The position numbers and the translations under genes were made by a program. From positions 62,001 to 126,000 of the forward strand of contig MU005992.1 in NCBI GenBank assembly GCA_010093745.1: a stretch of 64,000 nt of DNA, written 5' to 3'. Under the pieces are notes generated by a model. The model ran no database searches, was not told the origin of the DNA, and saw nothing but the letters and a program-made list of their open reading frames with translations. The stretch is from Piedraia hortae CBS 480.64 (Eukaryota). The stretch's first letter is position 1; the number at the start of each line of letters is the position of its first letter. Shown here in pieces: positions 57,901 through 64,000 of the stretch.

Positions 57901-58756
57901 GTCAAACGCATATAAGTTCACATCTTCTGGCACCGTCACTGTCTCGGCGCAAGTGGATCGAGAGGATGAAACATCGGTAGAAGTCACCATCAGCGTAGCC
58001 GACACTGGCATCGGCATCGGAGAGGAAGAGCAAAGGAAGCTCTTTATGCCATTTAGCCAAGCTGATTCTAGCACAGCACGAAGCTACGGCGGGACCGGCC
58101 TGGGTCTATCCATCTGCAAAGCCATTATCGAGAACATCATGAAAGGCCGCATCTGGCTCACCAGCGAGCGTGGGGCAGGGACAAGCGTTTTCCTTCGCGT
58201 CCCATTTGCCAAAGCTCCGCCCGGTACAGAAGGGGGCAGTGATCAACGAGCCTTTGACCGAACACAAAGCGCAGAACTAGACCCCATGTCCATGTTCAAC
58301 CCGCCAGACGGCGAAGCCAGCAACAAAAACTCGAGCACACTAGACCTGTCACACATTCCCCGCTCCAAAATCCGAATCTGCATCGCCGAAGACAACCCCG
58401 TCAACCAGAAAATTGCAATCAGTTTTGTCAAGAAGCTGGGCTTCACCTGTTCGGCCTACGGTGACGGACAACAGGCCCTTGATGCGCTCGTCCAGGCTTC
58501 AAAAGAAGGGAACCCATTCCACCTCGTCCTCATGGACGTCCAGATGCCCGTCCTAGACGGCTACAACGCGACCATCAAAATCCGAAACCACCCGGATCCT
58601 GCCGTCAGAAACATACTCGTCCTCGCGATGACGGCTAGTGCGATAAGAGGTGACCGTGAGAAGTGTATCGAAGCGGGCATGAATAATTACCTTGCTAAAC
58701 CGGTGAGGGCTGATACTCTCAAGCAGGTGCTGGAGAAGTACCTCCATCAGGGATGA
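51989..58756 (+). CDS. Group X hybrid histidine kinase (S/T-kinase-like, AAA/P-loop, GAF, HisKA, HATPase, receiver); probable intron 57684-57731
   Basis: FIAPEQTGR/DYRTDIY, GEAGVGKTT, GAF, FLANVSHELRTPLNG, QILMNLMSNAYKFT, DTGIGI, GGTGLGL, AEDNPVN, LMDVQMPVLDG, YLAKPV. Architecture matches the C. albicans Chk1 / S. pombe Mak2-3 type. Confidence 0.95.
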   Translation: MNGGDRDSAAASRQDASINGSSSLRILERLREHLPQYDFGDFAPFHSSYDNWHFLGKWTPQSERETALLPESDPSQDIDADVRETYVAVRVSIHHLRLEREFKLSQAVCEKSDPSNEYFARPIQCGWLPPRRPGDAILGYSIMEVAGPNYLRDIERFGPDIYTQLPTSEHAKEHRLPLLTFLDLAIGTTQCLETLHHGNEVVHGEVRSDAFHYDPDMGRVRLVNFGSGTRSFQHELTSEGWSSLMSEHCVEHKLQFIAPEQTGRLSTTPDYRTDIYCLGVFFWMTLTGGKPFDGESPLDIIHNVLSRRIAPVSSIRSDVPDALSAVIAKMTQKSINDRYNSISGVKHDLVGLKKILTEGDEDALANYQVGGADVSCFFQLPRNLVGREEARQRIMKIVDLVAQRPFHSAPVVQKWLHDLSSGVDKPMDSASVDEYPRSEYASSFGDRSLIPSSGDSTLSGVLKSRKMSRQHTGSHDALPSIEELSTARIETQSSSCGSNSFSGDGLLRSGAVSSGESASLRRAAKKLNDKSHTTIIAISGEAGVGKTTLMQNLMPQVRRYGYFAAGTFDPVGTSPYGPAIRIMSSLFRQIFSEPDVATPFHDSVRAVAGPYWPSLHLSLELPLWLLDPPRDENAASQDDLTPNASSPSLRPRLSQPENPANEWIRRGGSTKMLRFQQMFVDIFHVLAVQRFVCVCCGDMQLADQESLDLLQLVVQARVPALVILTYRSETWLTPSLREIIDGACKISLKPFTDAETVQYVSETLHRPQEQCLPLVSIVQDKTGGNPLAVQNLLEAGYREKCVYYCWKCSRWEFDVEKLLSTLHDSDPTKFLSYDFLTRRIKEMPPDTVALLSWAALIGQTFSFDLAKETLTLAGEYSGVQLPTAKDPVLGLQAAINSFVVMATEGDDTFKFTHAQWLLAAESLVAPPLREDMHYELACAMMKRETYDPVTMSPKILFDQAKHTCDGLSIVKRRAKHKYPFRRLLFQAAETARESGARSRGVSYFRACLQLLPDQPWVDGEDITYLETLTLTTRAAEAHWFVGEHEDAARLLDMVRKYARETMDKVPAAIIKCRMFAQEGKNAAARSVLERMLQDLGVDVSPRPDWRECDAEFQRLIGTMHADSLSMCVGSETPVSRLLNVVGMLFTELLSADLWYDGLSFYRSLLLMLKTYLSIGFFPHVGIAFIYFGGVCIYRFNMANIGLGLGRTGLDIIEAFPNEVYCIGRGLSAYVITLGHLQMQIDDNLPALSRGLNATLAAGDRIVALVSMGVYAAYQVWASKNLADIEAYVDSISEDFPDWNSSLRGGAILMAVRQYARAMQGKTFARKSSDVMSDDRHSMNEYEESIRLKISSADSCLLAYTCFKLELLFRFGYFKEALTLEGQVALTVADAIGARWLYCTLFYLALSIIAFVRAEPDAEDREEMLQRVTSYRTKIEVASSINSVNYAMFISLIDAEMAGVREQHTDAFRHYEAAIDHSVLYGFVSEEALSMELYAEFLTRKGASRLAREVFQNSISAYRRLDAQGKAEAILSKYEYQLRGTRGLYMKDVGTQTAILEGVNTVHKQERKFSDTQDDQGERLKPILELMGQNPIKEAPAALPAALTAVGLDIIDLASILESSQLLSSELSKDRLTAKLAEIIADATGAESYGIVVVEEDGGWAVAAGGASDGAPIPVAGTPLTQVKDSVAKQVAMYVMRTREQVFLRNLLEDDRFANVPVTWLEKHPKGASMIALPIPTNDSNLLGCLYCQAPPSTFTARTLTLLKLLVNQIAISLTNAKLFKQVEKASSRNSSMLQVQKQALSRAQQSERKAKEAEAKAMEMVRLKDEAAKAKTMFLANVSHELRTPLNGVIGMSELLKGTQLNKEQKEYADSIRVCADTLLSVINDILDFSKLEAGKMQGKSGYVSGGVGLIDITVFSVPLSLTETIDEVVRALSYTNKERNLQTIEKLDLDPKLIVMGDPVRLHQILMNLMSNAYKFTSSGTVTVSAQVDREDETSVEVTISVADTGIGIGEEEQRKLFMPFSQADSSTARSYGGTGLGLSICKAIIENIMKGRIWLTSERGAGTSVFLRVPFAKAPPGTEGGSDQRAFDRTQSAELDPMSMFNPPDGEASNKNSSTLDLSHIPRSKIRICIAEDNPVNQKIAISFVKKLGFTCSAYGDGQQALDALVQASKEGNPFHLVLMDVQMPVLDGYNATIKIRNHPDPAVRNILVLAMTASAIRGDREKCIEAGMNNYLAKPVRADTLKQVLEKYLHQG

Positions 58757-60077
58757 GAAACGAATTTTTTGCTGCTGTTATTTTGCATTGTACATATCGT
58801 GGATACCCCTTGTTGTTCTTGTTCATGTCCATATCCCCGAGAAAGTACATCTCAACTTTCGAATTGTCGGATGGCTTCAGTACGAACGTACAATATGAAA
58901 TCACAGAAGTGGGTTATAGTATCTTAAGACCTCCTCTACGTACACTGGAGTTAATGGCATGCACCCCACATTACGTCACATCCCATTCCATCATGTGCTA
59001 TCACATCGATGCCTGACACAAGTCCCTATGCCCACCGAGTTACCCTGACATATACCATCTTGGCTTTCTCTAGCTTTCTGCAAATAACCGACCCCCTAAA
59101 AAAACCGTCCCAAACCCCATCCCCTCCAAATGCCAATACAATCCCCTTCTTCCCATCCCTCTCAAAGTACAAGCACGTTTACATTCACTTTGCTATACAA
59201 CTACGGTTCTTCGGGTACTGCGATGTCACTCTGCTTCCTTTCAGCCTCGTGTACCCCATGGTCCATTTTCTGATACTGTGCCCCTTTTTATTCTGCAAAA
59301 CCTGGTACCCCCAAACATTCTGTCGCGCACCCAAGCTAAAAGTTCGATTATTTTTTTTTAAAAAAAAAAAATAAAAAAAGAAAAACGGATCATCCGGCTA
59401 TGATATATATATAAACTTTGCTCGATCCTAATGGGAGCTGCAATCCAGACCCAAGATGCAGTGCAGCCAATTAGCCCAAAAGCACCCACCTTTGGCTTTC
59501 CCACCCTCACTGAAAAAACCTACGATTGGTGAGCGCATCGATACATACAAGGTAAAAATATCACCCACTCCTCCCAGAGAATTCTCAAGATTTTCCACTA
59601 CAATTTCACGGAATGATCAATGTCGGACATGTATTCTAATATGAGACAAGTTTGTATGTATTAAAAGTCATGGCGTTGGGCTAAAATGTTTTCGCCGCGT
59701 AGTCATGGAGGCTCCACCAACTTGCATGACGAGGAAGAAGCGGAAAAAAAATGTTAAATTGGAATGCTGCTTGTATTGGCACGGGGTATAAACACTTTTC
59801 CGCGTTGATCATTGAGAGACGCTAGCTCGTGCAATGTCTGTTATGTCACAGTCTGACTGTACAACTAAGTCAAGGAAGAGGTTGGTACTAATAGTGAATC
59901 ATAATCCCCTATTTTTCAAAACCCTCAATGGAAGAGATGCATCACAAACGGGCAAGGCTTGCACGGTTCGTGCAGGGTCTCCTTTCAGCTCAAGCACAAC
60001 AGGATAGTGGTGTCGGCCATGGGTGGTACAAGGCTGAAAGGATCCAGTGTGACATCACCCCGGCCGAGAGATAACAA

Positions 60078-61383
60078 ATGTCTCTAGCAACTACCACTTT
60101 AACTCTCGTCATGGCCTCATCACTGAGCACCCTCCCTTTCGAACTTCTCCAAGAAATCACCCAACACCTAGACAACAATAACGACCTAAAATCCCTCGCA
60201 CTAACCAACAAATTATTCCAACTGATCGCCGAGTCTTCATTATACCACAGCATCTCCTTCCAAACCACGGCCCAACTCCTCCGACTCCTAAACTCCCTCA
60301 AAATTCAACCAACACGTGCACACAATATACGAACAATCCAAGTCCAAACAAGTAGCACGGAATGGGACCCCCACGCCATCTCACTAGAAAACCTCCTCAC
60401 CCAAGCCTCCCAATTAAGAGACTTAAAATTCAAAAGCCCAGTGCACGACTCCACAAACACCCAACCCCTCGCCACCGAATCCTGGACCAACGTACCAGAC
60501 TCTTGGCTGCTAAGCCTAAACCCATTCCCAAACCCACCCCTCAACCCCAACCTAACAATCCTTACCCTCCGTCTCGCCCAACCTAACTGGTCCTGTCATC
60601 ATCTCTCCAAACCCAGCGCAGGATCCCTCTTCACGCACCCAACCATCATCGTCCTAAACCTCTCACACACGCACCTCCCCAACCTCCCCCAAAAGGAGCC
60701 AAAAACAAAAACAAAAACGCCTTTAAAGAAACTAATCCTCTCCCGCGTCGAACTCTCTGCACCATCTCTGCACGCAATTCTCTCTCACCCGCTGGCATTA
60801 GAATATCTCTACATTGGCAAACCCACCCCCAAAAACCCCCACACACCATGCTGACGAGTATCAGACGAAATCGAAGCCACAAGGGAATATTTAGTTTCCA
60901 ACCCCGCGGCAGTTCCTCAACGCACTAGCCCAGCAGTCCCACGCGCTGGAGGTGCTGGAGTATCTCACCTTTGCGTATCCGCGGAGCGTCCCTCCTACCT
61001 CTTCTGCGGGAGATACACTCGGGTGGAACGCGTTCGCGAAGCTGAAAACTCTGAGTTTTGCGTTCCATCCGATTATCATTGACTCGTTGACAAGAGGGGC
61101 GCCGTTGGGTTTGGGGGTGAGGGTTTATGGGTTTGAGAGTGAGGTTTTTGTGACCGGAGGGCTTGAGGGGATGGTGGGCGTTAGGGCGATTGTTGTGTTG
61201 CCTTGGTTTGGGTGTGTGGGGTTGGATTGGGATAATGCGAGGGGGGTGGGGAGGAGGTTGGGGGAGAGGGGGGTTGGGTTTGCGGTGGCGGAGGAGGAGA
61301 AGTTGGTTTGTCCGTTTGAGGGGGTTAGACGGGGGAGGGTTGTGCTTAGGAATGAGCTGTGGAGAGGGGAGAAGGGTTGTTGA
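60078..61383 (+). CDS. F-box/LRR-like protein; junction at 60815-60900 unresolved (intron or frameshift)
   Basis: LSTLPFELLQEITQHLDNNNDLKSLALTNKLFQLIAESSLY F-box. The second frame PRQFLNALAQQSHALEVLEYL... continues after a branch-like GCTGAC. Confidence 0.65.
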
Positions 61384-62708
61384 TATGAAGGGATGTATGA
61401 GTATTTGTTGTGCGGGTGGTTTGATAGGGTTTGAGATGGGGCTGAATTCGGCTGTGCATGTTTTAGGAGAGAATTAGGTTTGGGGTTCTGTATTACACGC
61501 ACCGAGGCATGGAGACCATCGGACACAAGTTGATTTCACGGGAAAGTCAATGCCAATTTGCCTTGAACATTCATTTTCCGTGTCCCCAACAAAAACCCGA
61601 CAATCTTACAACAAATACGACTGCCAGGAGTCATGCACGCATATGTTGATATCCCCAACTACTTTTCCCTAAATCAACCTCATAACATATACATCAAAAA
61701 GCCAAATAAGCATATAAAGAGACCTCGCAAAGAACTCGAGCATCTTTCCAAAGACTCTTCACACCCACCACCAGCAAACCGGTTAGAACTTCATTCCAAC
61801 CGTAAATCTGGCGCTGCCTCTCAACTTGATCAAACCCCAATCCAGCACCGACCCCTGCCGGGAGGAAAGAATAATCCTCACGTCTTCGGTGCATATGTAT
61901 CCTTTTGTAGTACGAGGTTACCATGGAGGTCCTCTACAGAGATGTTCCGGGGGGTGCGAGGTGTTACCGCGCTCGGAGATTAGGAGATCATCGTTGGGAC
62001 GGTGTTAAACAAACCAGCAAGAGCAAATGCTCCAAGAATACAGACATTTGCCCGGTATACGGGGGGAAGGGGGGGGGGGGCTGCGAAGGATGGTAAACTG
62101 CCCCGCAGTGATTTATCTGGATGATGCGCTCTAACTTGTTCGTTCGTAGGCCGTGCAGGAAGATTCAGCCCGAACTGGACGGGGCTGCGTTGTGGGGTGC
62201 CCCAACAGGCCACATGCCCAGCGAGACTGTCCCGTCTTCGGTTAATTTGATGAATCCCAGCAAGATCAGAGGCTTGGCGAATTCCCCAGTTGGTTATACA
62301 TCTGCTGAACATACTCCACTTTGTGTAAAAAAGGACTCTCCTCCGCGGCGTGATCTCGTTGTTGGACTCGGTGTCGTCTGTGAGGGTAAATTTGAATCGG
62401 CCTGGGGACGTGTCGTGCTTTAAATGCCTCATGGTCGACTTCATGTCCTGCTTTTCTGGCCGAATCGTCTACGTAGACGCTTCAGCTCCGCATCAGTGAA
62501 AGTTCGCTCAACAGTAACGACGCGATACCAAACACGGGTTGTGGTGAACTATGCCTTCTCGCAGTTGTGCCATATGCCAATGTAGAGGACAAATTCGTTT
62601 CCGAAGAAGTAGATGTTTGGCAGCAAACATTCCACCGCAACAAGTTAACCTTTCGCCAACGACGTCTACTTGAGATTTTTCAGTATCAAGTTTATACTTT
62701 CTGCAATA

Positions 62709-64000
62709 TCATACAAATCTACTATACCCACCCAACGAACCCCTCCGTCTCGCCCACTCCTTCCTGACTTCATCGAAAACGAGCACCAAGCTCGCAACAC
62801 AGGTTAATCTAATCAAGTCATTGAGAGAGAGAGCTTCAGTTTGGAACACTCTTTGTAGTGGGGGAAGGTAGATGACAAGGCCCTGACCGATGAGCGAACC
62901 CGAGACGGCGAGATTGAACATTTTGTTCGAGAGGAGCGGCACTTCGCCGCGGAAGACGGACTTGCGGGCGCTTCGACAGCTCAGGGCATTGAACATATCG
63001 AAGAGGACGAATTGGGTAAAGGTCAAAGTGGTGTCGCGGGCCGAGACGGCTCGGGCGGCGAGGTCTTCGGCTGTGAGGTTTGTGACGTAGGTGTAGAGCG
63101 TGCCGCAGAGGATGACGAGGGCGGATTGGAGCACACGGCGGATGAGACCGCGGGTGAGGACGCGGGCATGACGCGGACGGGGTGGTAGCTGCAGCAGGGC
63201 GGGATCAACGGGTTCGACGCCTAGGGATTGAGCCGGTGGACCGTCCATGAGGATGTTGATCCATAGGATCTGCATGGCGTTGAGAGGGTTCCGCCAGCCA
63301 CCCAGCGTGCTGAGCATGACGAGGCCCAACGCAGCGACCGACGTGCTGAGCTGAAAGGTAATGAAGTTTTGGATGTTGTGAAAGATGCCTTTGCCCTCTT
63401 CCATGGCGTGTAGGATTGTGCTGAAGTCGTCGTCGGTGAGGATCATATCGGCCGCTTCCTTGGCCACGTCGGTGCCCATGCGGCCCATGCTGATGCCTAT
63501 ATCGGCCTTTTTCAGTGCCGGTGCGTCGTTGACGCCGTCGCCCGTCATGGCTACAACGTCGCCGCGTTCCTGCAATGCGCTGATGATTTTGAGCTTGTGC
63601 TCGGGCGAGGTGCGGGCGAATATCAGGGCGCGAGGTATGCACTCGGCCAGATCGTGGGCCGACATGGCATCCAACAGGGGACCAGTGATGACGGGCGATC
63701 CCAGAGCCGAGTTGGGATTGATGGGCATGCCCAGCTTCCGCCCAATGGCCACCGCAGTCGCCTCCGAGTCGCCCGTAATCATCATCACCTTTACGCCGCC
63801 CGCCATCAAGCGGCGAATGGAGCGGTCGACGCCTTTTCGGGGAGGATCGGACATGCCTACGAGTCCTACGAAGCAGAGACCGTTATAGACCTGCTCGTTT
63901 AGGGTCGAATGCTGCTCCTCCGACGCAGTATCAACCGGCCCCGAGGCGAAACAGAGCACTCTCAAGCCATCATCAGCCATGGCGCGGGCAGCCTGGTCGG
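62709..64000 (-). CDS. PMR1: Golgi Ca2+/Mn2+ P-type ATPase (3' part; begins beyond the right edge)
   Basis: [92 protein letters not shown]. Confidence 0.95.
   Translation of the reverse strand, partial: DQAARAMADDGLRVLCFASGPVDTASEEQHSTLNEQVYNGLCFVGLVGMSDPPRKGVDRSIRRLMAGGVKVMMITGDSEATAVAIGRKLGMPINPNSALGSPVITGPLLDAMSAHDLAECIPRALIFARTSPEHKLKIISALQERGDVVAMTGDGVNDAPALKKADIGISMGRMGTDVAKEAADMILTDDDFSTILHAMEEGKGIFHNIQNFITFQLSTSVAALGLVMLSTLGGWRNPLNAMQILWINILMDGPPAQSLGVEPVDPALLQLPPRPRHARVLTRGLIRRVLQSALVILCGTLYTYVTNLTAEDLAARAVSARDTTLTFTQFVLFDMFNALSCRSARKSVFRGEVPLLSNKMFNLAVSGSLIGQGLVIYLPPLQRVFQTEALSLNDLIRLTCVASLVLVFDEVRKEWARRRGSLGGYSRFV

Noticed and set aside
61630..62600. Possible decayed gene between the F-box gene and PMR1
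   Set aside because: Looks coding-like, but I could not recognise any motif in any frame.
1..64000. CRISPR arrays, rRNA/5S, snoRNAs, prokaryotic operons
   Set aside because: No repeat-spacer array or recognisable rRNA/snoRNA was seen; the sequence is intron-containing fungal DNA.

Overview
Eukaryotic (filamentous ascomycete, Dothideomycete-like) genomic DNA from a very compact genome: short introns (mostly 43-55 nt) and many intergenic gaps under 200 bp. The left edge holds the 5' part of a cytochrome P450 that the ORF track missed. About 1.2-10.8 kb is a decayed region with gypsy, copia and hAT fragments, a TPR pseudogene, an F-box pseudogene and one intron-containing tRNA-Ala(AGC). 10.9-43.5 kb is a dense housekeeping block: COG4, NIPA Mg transporter, HST2, RMT2, ARE, a hidden 3-exon 62-aa Cys/His microprotein, DBP3, SOD2, RFA1, QCR6, PPM1, RPB5, CYSTM, CRC1, DED81, LPD1, a single-pass membrane protein, FLC, an actinobacterial PptH-like phosphoesterase, GPN3 and a DAL5-type MFS. 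44-49 kb is a second decayed region (two hAT relics). It is followed by an ankyrin-DIL gene, a 2.2k-aa group X hybrid histidine kinase, an F-box gene and the 3' part of PMR1. The most notable observations are repeated abrupt C/A-rich to G/T-rich strand-skew switches with replication-origin polarity, the PptH-like enzyme, the hidden microprotein, a GC-AG intron, an in-frame stop-free intron in the kinase, and a recurring TGACATCA promoter motif. All calls come from reading the sequence and recalling family motifs; no searches were run.
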